From NCBI GenBank assembly GCA_964638675.1, contig CAZXAU010000004.1:62977-126976 (forward strand): 64,000 bases of DNA. The letters run 5' to 3'. Position 1 is the stretch's first letter. Each line of letters starts with the position of its first letter. The position numbers were made by a program, and so were the translations under genes. The notes below the pieces were generated by a model, which was not told the DNA's origin, made no database searches, and saw only the letters and a list, made by a program, of their open reading frames with translations. Of the stretch, positions 29,721 to 40,438 are shown piece by piece. Source of the stretch: an uncultured Lachnospiraceae bacterium (GTDB lineage Bacteria; Bacillota; Clostridia; Oscillospirales; CAG-272).

Positions 29721-30308
29721 TTATTTTTTGCTTTCGCTTTTTTTGGAGTTTTCAATAATGCGTCTGATGCCGCCCTTTGTGCCGATAATATAACCCACAG
29801 TGCATACAACAAGTGACGGAACAACGCAAAGAAGCGGAACGAATGCATTGTTAGAAAGCAGATTCATCCATATTCCGGTGTACATTCCCTCAGCGATCCT
29901 GAATATCCACATAAAGATATATGCCATATTCGAAAACCACTGCGGACTGCTTGCTCCCGAAAGAAGGACCGCACCGACAACGGTGAAGAAAATTCCGACA
30001 ATGATATTCAGCAAGTTTGCCGCCAAAGACAGCCACAAAAACTTGAAAGGGTCATATTTAATTCTGCCGCCTTCGATCCTTATCTCATCCTTGAGTCCTT
30101 CATCACGTGCGAGAACATACAAAAGCACGAGATAAAACAGCACCGAGAATACGCTCGTCAGAACCTTCATCATCTGACCTGTTCCCGCATTTGAAAGGCC
30201 TGCGGCGATCGATGCCATATAAAGAACATTTCCGAACATTGTCATTCCTATCTGGTTGACTATTATTCTTCTTATAACGTCTCCGTTTTTCTTGATTGTT
30301 TCAAACAT
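29721..30308 (-). CDS. Hypothetical integral membrane protein
   Basis: 4-5 hydrophobic segments and a basic tail; start uncertain. Confidence 0.7.
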   Translation of the reverse strand: MFETIKKNGDVIRRIIVNQIGMTMFGNVLYMASIAAGLSNAGTGQMMKVLTSVFSVLFYLVLLYVLARDEGLKDEIRIEGGRIKYDPFKFLWLSLAANLLNIIVGIFFTVVGAVLLSGASSPQWFSNMAYIFMWIFRIAEGMYTGIWMNLLSNNAFVPLLCVVPSLVVCTVGYIIGTKGGIRRIIENSKKSESKK

Positions 30309-30437
30309 AAATATACTCAAACGCCCTCCGGTACTGAATTTAACATTTCTATCATAACACATTTTTCCCAATCATTCAATAGAAACACAAAACAGATAAT
30401 TAAAATTTTCAATTTATTAACTATTTTCGAGGTAAAC

Positions 30438-31421
30438 ATGACAAACAGCGAAACGATCGACAGATATTGCAACTATCTCACCCTGATGGGTCGCTCAAGG
30501 CTGACCGTATCACAGTATGAGACAGACCTTGTAATGTTCTATTCGTATATATACTGCAAAAGACAAGGCCTGAGAGCTACACCCGAAGAGCTCGGCAATG
30601 TTCCCATGTCCGAGATCGATCTTGACTTCATCAGGTCAATATCAAACAATGATGTTTTTGATTTTCTGCGTTATGTCACCGATGTGAGAAAGAACAAAGC
30701 CGCCGCAAGGGCGAGAAAGCTTTCATCGATCAAGGCATTTTACAAATATCTTATCAATACAGCGCACCTGTGCGAGACCAATCCCGCAGAATCGATCGGT
30801 ACTCCGAAGATCGAGAAACGAAACCCGAAATATCTGACGGTTGACGAGAGTCTGTCGCTCATGCAGGCGGTGCTTGACGATAACTACACCAAAACAACCG
30901 TAAGAGACTACGCAATAATAGTTCTTTTCCTCAACTCGGGCATAAGACTTTCCGAGCTTGTCGGCATATCGCTGTCCGACATAGACAAAGAGCTTCGCTC
31001 AATGCGTGTTGTCGGTAAAGGAAACAAGGAACGGCTTGTATATATCAATGAAGCTTCCCGTGCCGCACTTGCCGATTATCTCGACTATCGCAAGACGATG
31101 CAGGGCATCAAGGACAAAAACGCACTTTTTCTCTCACTGAGGGGGGACAGAATAAGTAATAAGACAGTTCAGTATATCGTAAAAAAATACTTAGGACTTG
31201 CAGGGCTTGAATATAAACATTTTTCAACACACAAGCTCCGCCATACCGCCGCAACACTGATGTATCAGTCAGGCAAGGTCGATATACGGGTGCTCAAGGA
31301 TATTCTCGGACACGAACAGCTTAACACAACACAAATATACACCCATACAAGCGACAGCCAGATGATGAAAGCCATGGACGACAACCCGCTTTCCAAAGTC
31401 AAAGGCAAGAAAAAGAAATAG
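30438..31421 (+). CDS. xerC: Tyrosine recombinase, XerC/XerD-like (chromosomal type)
   Basis: SAM-like N-terminal domain, RDYA..GIRLSEL, GKGNKER, HKLRHT, LGHEQLNTTQIYTH. Confidence 0.85.
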   Translation: MTNSETIDRYCNYLTLMGRSRLTVSQYETDLVMFYSYIYCKRQGLRATPEELGNVPMSEIDLDFIRSISNNDVFDFLRYVTDVRKNKAAARARKLSSIKAFYKYLINTAHLCETNPAESIGTPKIEKRNPKYLTVDESLSLMQAVLDDNYTKTTVRDYAIIVLFLNSGIRLSELVGISLSDIDKELRSMRVVGKGNKERLVYINEASRAALADYLDYRKTMQGIKDKNALFLSLRGDRISNKTVQYIVKKYLGLAGLEYKHFSTHKLRHTAATLMYQSGKVDIRVLKDILGHEQLNTTQIYTHTSDSQMMKAMDDNPLSKVKGKKKK

Positions 31422-31643
31422 ATTTTTTCATGGAATTGTCTGCAGATAGTTCATGGTGAAAGACTTAAAAAGAGAAAAAATTGCTTTTTGATAAGGAACG
31501 ACAGGGTGTCCGATCGTATAATAAGTGAAGGGTACAGACTTATAGCCCGATCGGACAAAATTTGTTTTGAATGTAAAATTCTTCATTGTATGAAGTATGA
31601 ACCAAATCAAAACAAAGTGTATTATTATAGGGGATGAGATTTT

Positions 31644-32630
31644 TTGGATTACACCATAAGTATTACCAACAGATGCAATCTGAAATGCAGCTACTGTTAT
31701 GAAAGACATCTGAATACAGACTACGGTTGCATCTGCGATGAGAGGATGTATCAGATAACCGAATTTGTAAATCGTCGTGCCGATGCGGGAATCGTATATC
31801 TCTTCGGAGGCGAACCTCTGCTTTACAAGGATACCGTAAAGTATTTCTGTGAAAATATAAAAGCAAAGCAGTTTGTCATTACAACAAACGGAACTCTCCT
31901 TGACGAGGAATTTGTAAAGTGGTGTGCGGAGAATAAGATCATTATCAACATGTCGCATGACGGTGCAGAATGTACCCAGCGATGTGCTGATACAGCTCTC
32001 CTTGATAAAAATCTGGGGTTGCTTCTGAAGTATCAACCCGAGACGCTTGTTCAGCTTGTCTATACGAAGCAGACACTCCCCTTTTTATATGATAACATCA
32101 TCTATCTGAAAGATCTCGGCGTGAAAAAGGTGTCTGCGGCAATGGATGCGTTTCTTGTTCCCGATGATATTGACTCCTTCGGAGATCTTTTGAGGGAACA
32201 ATGGAGGAAAATTTCCGCAATAAACGATCTGTATATATATGAGCTTGCCCTGAAAAAGAAAACGATCCTCGAAAAAAAACAAAGCAGATGTGAAATATGC
32301 AAAAAGAAACTGTTTATAAACTGGGACGGGAAGATCTATCCTTGCGTACAGTTTCAGAACATTCCGGAATACCGATGCGGTGATATTTATTCGGGAATCG
32401 ATGCCGAAAAAGTACGCTCTGCTCATCCCGATTATTCACTGATGGCACAAAGATGTGAAGGCTGTGAGATATCCCAATACTGTCGGAATTCATGTGCCTG
32501 CAGGAAAATGGGGACGACAGGTACAATACAAAACATTTCACAGGCCGCATGTCTTGAAGAACAGGTGCAAATTCTCACAGCACTTGAAATGATATCTGAT
32601 GAAACAGAAAACGGAGGAAAAACGCAATGA
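31644..32630 (+). CDS. Radical SAM enzyme with SPASM domain
   Basis: CNLKCSYC, FGGEPLL, TTNGTLL; SPASM C..DGKIYPC..CEGC..C..SCAC..C; TTG start. Confidence 0.92.
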   Translation: MDYTISITNRCNLKCSYCYERHLNTDYGCICDERMYQITEFVNRRADAGIVYLFGGEPLLYKDTVKYFCENIKAKQFVITTNGTLLDEEFVKWCAENKIIINMSHDGAECTQRCADTALLDKNLGLLLKYQPETLVQLVYTKQTLPFLYDNIIYLKDLGVKKVSAAMDAFLVPDDIDSFGDLLREQWRKISAINDLYIYELALKKKTILEKKQSRCEICKKKLFINWDGKIYPCVQFQNIPEYRCGDIYSGIDAEKVRSAHPDYSLMAQRCEGCEISQYCRNSCACRKMGTTGTIQNISQAACLEEQVQILTALEMISDETENGGKTQ

Positions 32631-32869
32631 GAAAGTTTACAAAAGAAATAACATTACTTATGGCTACGGTAGCTGTCGGTGCAGGTTTATTGATGTCATG
32701 TACAAACCAGCCGATAGCAGGTAATCTTGTAGCGCCGGAAGAAACTGTTTGCACGGAAACTTCGGAGAAAACGATCCACATAGCGGGCAGCATAGTTTCA
32801 ACCGAAGCTGATTCTGCGACCGAAATTCCGCCGCTCGCAGGTGATGCCGTTATTGATTATGATGAATAG
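32627..32869 (+). CDS. Small lipoprotein / putative rSAM substrate with three [IL]AG-x-x-V repeats
   Basis: GGAGG RBS, ATGA overlap with the rSAM stop, signal peptide with lipobox LMSC; PIAGNLV, HIAGSIV, PLAGDAV. Confidence 0.8.
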   Translation: MRKFTKEITLLMATVAVGAGLLMSCTNQPIAGNLVAPEETVCTETSEKTIHIAGSIVSTEADSATEIPPLAGDAVIDYDE

Positions 32870-32992
32870 TTAAGATACTCCGGGGCTTACGACCTGAGCT
32901 GCATCAAATAATTGATAACAAATACTGTCCATATCCATACAATAAATTTCGATGTAAAACGCCTGCTTTCGTAAATCAATGGAATGTTTTTC

Positions 32993-33048
32993 GGGGGAAC
33001 TTTCTATAGAAAGTTCCCCCAAACTCTTTTAAAGACTTTTAAAAATGG
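32993..33048. repeat. REP/MITE-like palindromic repeat, family A, copy 1
   Basis: GGGGGAACTTTCTATAGAAAGTTCCCCC plus tail; inverted match to 49285-49341. Confidence 0.8.
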
Positions 33049-33084
33049 TGAGTTATCGTTTTCCCATAAAAGGCAAAGGTATAT

Positions 33085-34221
33085 TCATTCAAAGCATTCC
33101 GCATATTGAAGATCGGCTTTTATACGGTTTTTAAGTTCGTCCGGAAAAATACCCATCCATCCTTTCCAAAAGGAGTCAGGTACGGAAGAAAAGTTTTCAC
33201 TCGGTAACGTAACCTTTGATACGAGCGGAGCGGTATATTGATATTCGCCCTTACAACGAATAGAGTCATAGATTTTTTTATGTTCAAAACCTTTTTTGAA
33301 ATATTCAAATGCCTGATATGAATCCTTATTACCGTGTCGGGCCTCGCATATTGCTGCGTGAAAATATAGTTCCATGACATGAAAATGTGCAATGCCGAAA
33401 TTTCCATCACTGAAAACAGATTCGCACAAATGTGCGAGATCTACAAACAGTTTCGCTCCATAAGCAGTCGTAAACAGCGATATCTTTGTAAGCACCGAAT
33501 TAGTGATAACATTTTTCATTTCTATTAAAAGAGCGATTATCGCTTCACCTTGATATTTATCGCGTTCCTCTGCTCGGGTTGCTTTTGGCATAAGAATTTC
33601 ACGACTCATAATTATTGAATTTTGTTTTGAAGCCAAAGCTTTTGCTTTGTCGTTGTAACCCATTTGGGCATAAACATTGACCATCATCATGATAATAACA
33701 TCCCGATCCTCGGGAGAAATATCCATACTTAAAACTTTTTCAAAGACACGAACCTCTTCCTGCCAGAATATGTTACCCGAATTATATTCGGTATCTTCAT
33801 AGGCATAGTCAGAACCATCTTTGGTATAGCTTCTTGCACCGTATTTTTTCCAACCATGCATACTCAGCGCGTATCCGAGATTAACAAGGACTTTAGGTTC
33901 TGAAGGAAATTCCTCTGCGGCTGCACGAAGCATTTCAACACATTCGGTTAAATCCCCCTGCTCATTAAGAGCCTTTTCTGCCATATCCAATATGGATTTT
34001 AATTTTTCTTGTCTGTCTTTGCTGTATCCGAAAAGCTCGTCGATGCTGATGTTGAAATAATTAGCTATCGAAGGAATAAGCTCCATATCGGGATAACCGC
34101 CGTTTGCCTCCCAACGGGAAACGGCTTGAGGACTGACCCCTAAAGCACTTGCCAGATCATCCTGCTTTCTTCCGTCACGCTGACGGAGCTGCTTTATCTT
34201 TTCGCCTATCTTGATATTCAT
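33085..34221 (-). CDS. XRE HTH regulator with TPR-like domain
   Basis: KQDDLASALGVSPQAVSRWE..YPDM; FSDGNFG. Confidence 0.9.
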   Translation of the reverse strand: MNIKIGEKIKQLRQRDGRKQDDLASALGVSPQAVSRWEANGGYPDMELIPSIANYFNISIDELFGYSKDRQEKLKSILDMAEKALNEQGDLTECVEMLRAAAEEFPSEPKVLVNLGYALSMHGWKKYGARSYTKDGSDYAYEDTEYNSGNIFWQEEVRVFEKVLSMDISPEDRDVIIMMMVNVYAQMGYNDKAKALASKQNSIIMSREILMPKATRAEERDKYQGEAIIALLIEMKNVITNSVLTKISLFTTAYGAKLFVDLAHLCESVFSDGNFGIAHFHVMELYFHAAICEARHGNKDSYQAFEYFKKGFEHKKIYDSIRCKGEYQYTAPLVSKVTLPSENFSSVPDSFWKGWMGIFPDELKNRIKADLQYAECFE

Positions 34222-34534
34222 AAATTCACCTCATATTATCAGTATTATTCATATCACCGGTGTGAATATATATTATCACGAAATATATCGGCAGTCAATT
34301 ATCAATTTGTTGTTTATGAAACAAGCAAGACTTGATTTTTAATAATAATTATATTTAGTATACTACCTTCATGATAATTCAAATTTAATTTTGTCAGCTT
34401 GCAAAAATTCGGGAAGAGCTGACCCCTCTACCGCCGTGATATAATTAATCGGAATCCCATATTGCAGAATGAGGAAAAAATAGAATATTCTTTGCATTGA
34501 AATCATTTCGGATATGAGTTAGAATAACGGCGAG

Positions 34535-35404
34535 GTGATGAAAATGAAATTTATGAAATTCAACAAAAACAACAGTTCAAAAAAATTCACAAAGATCATT
34601 TCGGTAATTCTCTGCTGTGCAATTCTTATGACTGCCGGCATATCGATCCATTCATCGGCTGACAACGGTAACAAGGAATCAACGCAGGTCAGCGGTATAT
34701 ACACTGCATTCCGCAGTTTGTTTGACAGGATCGTTTCGCTGTTCAGCGGAAAATGTCCGCAGGAAAACGAGAGCGAGAATATAAAGAATCCGGCAGGCAA
34801 TATAAATCAGAATAATACAAACTCTTCAAACAAAGGAGATAAAACAGAAAACAAAGCGCAGAACAAAGCAGATAAAACCGAAAACAAAACAGACAATAAC
34901 AGCGTAAAGGAAGAACCGAAGAAGGAGACGGTCAAGGAAAACAACAAAGACAAAAATGAAAATCAGACTGTAATCAAGGAGGATACAGTACATAAAACCG
35001 AAAACAGCACGCAAAATTCAAAAGACAAGAGATCACAGTTTGAAAGTGAGGTCGTACGGCTTGTCAACGTAGAGCGTGCAAAGTACGGACTGAGTGCATT
35101 ACAGATGAATTATTCACTTGTAGATCTTTCAAGGCAAAAATCTCAGGATATGCATGATCTAAAATATTTCGCACATCAAAGCCCGACCTACGGAAGTGCA
35201 TTTGATATGATGAAGAAGGCAGGGGTTTCGTACCGTACCGCCGGAGAGAATATCGCCATGGGTTATTCAACGCCCGAAGCGGTCGTGAATGCATGGATGA
35301 ATTCCGAAGGACACAGAGCAAACATACTCTCCTCCAAATACACACAGATCGGAGTCGGGTATGTAGAAGACGGACATTACTGGACGCAGATGTTTATCGG
35401 CTGA
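34535..35404 (+). CDS. Secreted CAP/SCP-domain protein (YkwD-like)
   Basis: Signal peptide, N/K-rich linker, LVNVER..KSQDM..FAHQSPTYGS..GENIA..WMNSEGHRANIL. Confidence 0.92.
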   Translation: MMKMKFMKFNKNNSSKKFTKIISVILCCAILMTAGISIHSSADNGNKESTQVSGIYTAFRSLFDRIVSLFSGKCPQENESENIKNPAGNINQNNTNSSNKGDKTENKAQNKADKTENKTDNNSVKEEPKKETVKENNKDKNENQTVIKEDTVHKTENSTQNSKDKRSQFESEVVRLVNVERAKYGLSALQMNYSLVDLSRQKSQDMHDLKYFAHQSPTYGSAFDMMKKAGVSYRTAGENIAMGYSTPEAVVNAWMNSEGHRANILSSKYTQIGVGYVEDGHYWTQMFIG

Positions 35405-35428
35405 TCACAACAAAAAATAAAATATTTT

Positions 35429-35477
35429 GGGAATCCCCCCCGATTTCTATCTGAGAATCGGGGGGTTCCCTTTTTTT
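35429..35477 (+). terminator. Intrinsic terminator
   Basis: GGGAATCCCCCCCGATT..AATCGGGGGGTTCCC followed by T7. Confidence 0.75.
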
Positions 35478-35662
35478 CAATTCCTCTTTTTTAGTTAAAA
35501 ACCGCTCTTGCAATATCTATAATTATATGTTACAATACTTACAATAAAGGGCTGTTTTCGTGAAAGCTTATTGTATATCCGGTATGGCAACTTGAAGCAA
35601 TATCACCATTTAAAGTGTTCACGCCGAAAGCCTGAATTAACAAATCGAAAGGAGTTATCTTA

Positions 35663-36820
35663 ATGGCAGAAGTATTCGATGTTGTAATTGCCGCATGCGA
35701 CAGTTACGATGCCGATCTGAAATCAATACTTGAAAAAGCACTTGACGATATAAACGGTCTTGATTTTGTCAAAAAAGGAATGACGGTAGGAATCAAGGCG
35801 AACCTTGTTTCTTCAATGAAGCCCGATAAGGCAGCAACGACCCACCCGAAGCTGATAGGTGCTTTGTGCGACATTCTGACAGAACACGGTGTTTCTCAGA
35901 TCATTATAGGCGACAGTCCGGGAGGGCTGTACAATTCGGTTTTTCTTTCACATGTATATTCCGCTACCGGAATGAAATCGCTTGAAAGTGACAGGATCAG
36001 ATTGAACAACGATTTTTCCACCGAGCTTGTAAACGTGAACGACGCAAAGGCAATGCATTCATTCACATGCACTGCATGGCTGAAAAAGGTTGATGCAATT
36101 ATCAATTTTTCCAAGCTCAAAACCCATGGAATGATGGGAATGTCTGCGGCGGTCAAAAATCTCTTTGGAACGATTCCGGGAACAATGAAGGCCGAATATC
36201 ACTCACTCTACCCAAATCACGCCGATTTTGCCAACATGCTTGTTGACCTTAACGTCTATTGGAAACCACAGCTCAATATATGTGATGCTGTTGTCGGAAT
36301 GGAGGGCAACGGTCCGACTGCCGGAACGCCACGTCAGATTGGAGCTATCCTCGCCTCAAAATCTCCGTATATGCTTGATTTTGCGGCATCAAAAATAATC
36401 GGACTCACTCCCGATGAGGTGCCGACGCTCGGCAGCTCGATAGCGAGAGGACTGACCCCCGACAGCATCGAAAAGATCAGGATATCAGGAGACCCGAACG
36501 ATTTTTATATAAGCGATTATCAAAATATTGCCGACAGAAAAAATCTTGATTTCAGTGATTTCGGAAAAACACCTTTCAAAAAAAGGCTGTATAAGATTGC
36601 CGGTGTACTGACTCGCTCAAAACCGTATACATACAAGAAAGAATGTATAGGTTGCGGAAAGTGTGCAGAGCTCTGCCCTCGCAAAACGATCCGGATAGTC
36701 AAAAAGAAGGCCGTGATCGACAGAAAGAACTGCATCCGCTGTTTTTGCTGTCAGGAATTCTGCCCTGTAGGTGCAATGAAAGTCAAGCGGTCATTTATCG
36801 GAAAAATACTCGTCAAATGA
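35663..36820 (+). CDS. DUF362 domain protein with 2x[4Fe-4S] ferredoxin tail
   Basis: IKANLV, ATTHP, GDSPGG, KLKTH, AVKNLFG, GMEGNGP; CIGCGKC..CP and CIRCFCCQEFCP. Confidence 0.9.
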   Translation: MAEVFDVVIAACDSYDADLKSILEKALDDINGLDFVKKGMTVGIKANLVSSMKPDKAATTHPKLIGALCDILTEHGVSQIIIGDSPGGLYNSVFLSHVYSATGMKSLESDRIRLNNDFSTELVNVNDAKAMHSFTCTAWLKKVDAIINFSKLKTHGMMGMSAAVKNLFGTIPGTMKAEYHSLYPNHADFANMLVDLNVYWKPQLNICDAVVGMEGNGPTAGTPRQIGAILASKSPYMLDFAASKIIGLTPDEVPTLGSSIARGLTPDSIEKIRISGDPNDFYISDYQNIADRKNLDFSDFGKTPFKKRLYKIAGVLTRSKPYTYKKECIGCGKCAELCPRKTIRIVKKKAVIDRKNCIRCFCCQEFCPVGAMKVKRSFIGKILVK

Positions 36821-36934
36821 ACACAAATTTACAATTTGTTGAGGAATTCAGCGGATAAATATTGTATAATACGAACAATAGGCAAACAAAAAATGCCGAA
36901 AAACACAAACAAAAAAATGAAAAGGAGATTTATC

Positions 36935-38827
36935 ATGAATAAATCACGAATTTTTATTTCACTTCTTCTCGTTCTTGTAACGATAGTATCAATCATTCCA
37001 CTGGCAATATCAGCAGACGATTCCGATGCAAAAGATACGCCAGCAGTCGGCGAAGAAGCACTTCCCGAACAGTTCTCACTCGTGGGAACGGTTCACCTTC
37101 CTCCCATCAGTAATCAGGGTGAAATCGGATCATGCGCATCTCAGTCTATAACATATACTCAGATGACCAACGCAGTATCAAGATATATTCACTCTATCGA
37201 TCCCGAGACCGATTGGAATCCTTCATCGGGCGATCCGAAATATCTTATGTCTTCAAAATTTACATATGACTTCTCAGGCTCGGGAACAGCGTGGGTATAC
37301 GATATTTTAGTTGACCACGGATGTGCAACAATGGACTACTGTGCTTTTGAAACCAACAGACAGGGCGGATACAGCATATGGTTCAGCAAACCCGCAAAAG
37401 TACCGAACGAAAAATCCACAAAATGGACGGTCGGAAAGGACGAAATGCTCAACGCTCTCCAGTATCGTCTTACAAATTATGAACAGATCTGGGCAAGAGA
37501 TATAGACGCATATGTCGACGGAAACCTTTGCCTCACAACAACAGAAAACGGAAAAGCATTTCTTGATAAGATCAAATCTGCCGTTGTTGCAGGAAATGTC
37601 GTCGTCACAGGCGGAATTTCCGGCGGATGGAAGTATGACACACTCAAAACGGCAAGCGGAACCGCAAAAAAAGGCGAAAGTGCACTTGTTTACACTGTAA
37701 AAGGTGCCGGAGGACACCAACTTGCTATCGTAGGATACGATGACAATGTCGTCTATGACTTCGAAGGCGGTCAGATGAAGGGAGCATTCCTTGTAGCAAA
37801 TTCATGGGCAGAAAGCTGGATGAATAAGGGATACATATGGGTAATGTATGACTCGCTGAACGGCGTATCCGAATACGAGGCATTCAATTCACTTCACTCA
37901 GGAGAAGAAAGAATACCCACAATGGACCAGTATGTATTTACATATTGGGATAAAGATATCGAGATCGGACTTCCCGAGCTTATGGTTGAGGTTGAGGTAT
38001 CATGCCTTAACCGTGAAAATGTAGCGGTTTACCTCACAAGAAATACCGAAACATACTACGACATATATACACCCAAAATGTTCTTCTACGGAAAAATCGG
38101 AAGGAACTACCACCCGAAGTATGACATTACAGAAGGATTTACATTCGACGGTAAGGTTATTACAAGCACTGTAACAAAGAAAAAAACTGCAATCTTTGCA
38201 TTAAAATACTCCGACCTTATCGATTCTATACCCGAGGGTAAGAGCTTTTCAGACTATACTTGGGGTGTAAATGTATACTCTGTGGATAATGAGCCTATCA
38301 TAATCAAATCGATATCACTGATCAATTCACAAAGACAGGTAATTTCTAAGATAGACATTCCTGAGGGAGGAACTGAATTCACCGGAACTCAAAGAATTGA
38401 CTGCACAAAATTCGTCTTTGATTACACAAATCCGACGATCTCGGTAGAAGAAAACGATACATTCACCCTTGAATATACTTCAACCCCGGCAGAATATCTC
38501 GGAGTCGGAAATGACATCTCATTCAAGGTTGCTCCCGCCAACGGAAAAGAGATCACAAGCGTCAGCGTTGACGGAAACAAGATAGAAGCTGTTGACGGAG
38601 TATATACTGCTAAGCTCAGCGCAAACACAAATATCAAGGTTGAAACCGCCGATGTAACTCCCGAAGTTACCGAAACACCCGATGTAACAGCGGCTACAAC
38701 AGAACCCCAGCCCGCAAAAAATGACAACAGCAGTACTATAGTCATCATCATAATCGCAGTAGCTCTGGTAGTAGTAGCTGCAGTAGTTGTCCTTGTAGTC
38801 GTTAAAAACAAGAAAAAGGACGCCTGA
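36935..38827 (+). CDS. Membrane-anchored papain-like (C1) cysteine peptidase
   Basis: Signal peptide; NQGEIGSC, GGHQLAIVGYDD, ANSW..W..GY; P/T linker, C-terminal TM and basic tail. Confidence 0.85.
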   Translation: MNKSRIFISLLLVLVTIVSIIPLAISADDSDAKDTPAVGEEALPEQFSLVGTVHLPPISNQGEIGSCASQSITYTQMTNAVSRYIHSIDPETDWNPSSGDPKYLMSSKFTYDFSGSGTAWVYDILVDHGCATMDYCAFETNRQGGYSIWFSKPAKVPNEKSTKWTVGKDEMLNALQYRLTNYEQIWARDIDAYVDGNLCLTTTENGKAFLDKIKSAVVAGNVVVTGGISGGWKYDTLKTASGTAKKGESALVYTVKGAGGHQLAIVGYDDNVVYDFEGGQMKGAFLVANSWAESWMNKGYIWVMYDSLNGVSEYEAFNSLHSGEERIPTMDQYVFTYWDKDIEIGLPELMVEVEVSCLNRENVAVYLTRNTETYYDIYTPKMFFYGKIGRNYHPKYDITEGFTFDGKVITSTVTKKKTAIFALKYSDLIDSIPEGKSFSDYTWGVNVYSVDNEPIIIKSISLINSQRQVISKIDIPEGGTEFTGTQRIDCTKFVFDYTNPTISVEENDTFTLEYTSTPAEYLGVGNDISFKVAPANGKEITSVSVDGNKIEAVDGVYTAKLSANTNIKVETADVTPEVTETPDVTAATTEPQPAKNDNSSTIVIIIIAVALVVVAAVVVLVVVKNKKKDA

Positions 38828-38950
38828 ATCAAAGCTGAACAATGCCGGATAAAACTTTATCCGGCATATCAGTCCAAAAGGCAACTTACGATTTTAAATA
38901 AATCATTTTAAAAGCAGCTTTTATAATGCAGGAAAGGATAAGTCATAACT

Positions 38951-40180
38951 ATGTATGCTCCGCTTGCAGACAGAATGAGACCGACAGATTTTGACGAAGT
39001 ATGCGGTCAACATCATCTTTTCGGAGAGCGTGGAATACTGAAAAAAGTGCTCGAAAAAGGTCATATCCCGAATATGATCTTTTTCGGGCCTCCCGGAACC
39101 GGAAAGACTACTTGTGCCAATATTATAGCCAGAAAAAGCTCGATGCAGTTTTTCAAGCTTAACGGCACTTCGGCATCGGTTGCCGACATAAAAGAGATAA
39201 TATCATCTGCAAGCGGTGTGCTCTCTGAGAGCGGCGTGCTTTTGTATATCGATGAAATTCAGTATTTTAACAAAAAGCAGCAGCAATCACTGCTGGAATA
39301 TCTCGAAAACGGCAAGATCACACTTATAGCATCAACCACAGAAAATCCTTACATTTATGTTTATAATGCTATAATATCACGTTCGACCGTCTTTGAATTC
39401 AAATCGCTCCTGCCGGAGGATATGATACGCCCTCTTCGCAGGGGTTTGAAAATTCTCAATGACGAGAGTGCCACGAGTACCGAGTGCAGTGATGAAACCT
39501 TTGAATTCATTGCAAGATCTGCGGCAGGTGATGTTAGAGCCTGCCTTAATCTCCTTGAATCAGCTTATTTTATTTCGGACGGAAAAATTGACAAAGAGGC
39601 TGTCGAATCGCTGATTCCTAAGGTCGTCGGAAATTTCGACAGAGCCGGAACAGTGCATTACGACATGCTTGCAGCGTTGCAGAAATCAATTCGGGGTTCT
39701 GATCCCGATGCGGCAGTGTTTTATCTCGCAAAAATCCTTGCAGGAGGAGATATGCTCGGTGCAATAAGACGATTGCTTGTAATCGCAAATGAAGATATAG
39801 GACTTGCATATCCGATGGCAGCAAGTATTGTCTATTCGTGCACCGAAGCCGCCAAACTCGTCGGAATGCCGGAAGCTCAGATTCCGCTCGCAAACGCAAC
39901 GATCTTTCTTTCAACATGCCCTAAATCAAATTCGGCAATGGCTGCTGTATTTAAAGCAATGGAAGCCGTAAACGAGGGAAAAGGACAGATAGTACCACCT
40001 TATATGCGTCCTGTCAACAACTATGCAGGATATAAGTATCCACACGATTTCCCAAATCACTATGTTGAACAGCAATATCTCCCGGACGATCTCAAGAACA
40101 GTTCATTTTATGAATACGGTTCCAACAAGGCAGAGCTTGCGGCGAAAACATATTGGGATATCGTAAAAGGAAAAAAATAA
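38951..40180 (+). CDS. rarA: Replication-associated recombination protein A
   Basis: PLADRMRP, GPPGTGKTT, IDEI, STTENP, QKSIRGSDPDAA, EDIGLA, YKYPHDF..QQYLP. Confidence 0.95.
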   Translation: MYAPLADRMRPTDFDEVCGQHHLFGERGILKKVLEKGHIPNMIFFGPPGTGKTTCANIIARKSSMQFFKLNGTSASVADIKEIISSASGVLSESGVLLYIDEIQYFNKKQQQSLLEYLENGKITLIASTTENPYIYVYNAIISRSTVFEFKSLLPEDMIRPLRRGLKILNDESATSTECSDETFEFIARSAAGDVRACLNLLESAYFISDGKIDKEAVESLIPKVVGNFDRAGTVHYDMLAALQKSIRGSDPDAAVFYLAKILAGGDMLGAIRRLLVIANEDIGLAYPMAASIVYSCTEAAKLVGMPEAQIPLANATIFLSTCPKSNSAMAAVFKAMEAVNEGKGQIVPPYMRPVNNYAGYKYPHDFPNHYVEQQYLPDDLKNSSFYEYGSNKAELAAKTYWDIVKGKK

Positions 40181-40438
40181 AACAATATATTGATTGAACT
40201 ATTGGCAAAATAAAATCAGAGCTTTGCCCCAAATCCCATTCAGGAAGCTTTTTAAACTTACCGAAAATGGAATCGTAAAGAGCAACAGCCCATAAACCGG
40301 TGTCCGGCATGACGATGCAATACAAGTATTTTGCCTTCGCTCTCAAGTCTTAACCTGAAATCTTTTATTTCAGGTTTTTTATTTTTATCTGAGTGAAGAT
40401 TTTTTCAGACTATACTTACAGTTTCTTCCACCTTAATA

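Noticed and set aside
30438-31421. Tyrosine recombinase as an integron integrase or prophage/ICE integrase serving the XRE cassettes
   Set aside because: It looks like a housekeeping XerC-type enzyme. I see no IntI-specific insertion, att duplication, or phage/conjugation genes, and it lies 11 kb from the repeats.
34790-34960. Short repeats (GATAAAACMGAAAACAAA) in the CAP gene, and P/T repeats near 63770-63900
   Set aside because: Ordinary low-complexity protein linkers.
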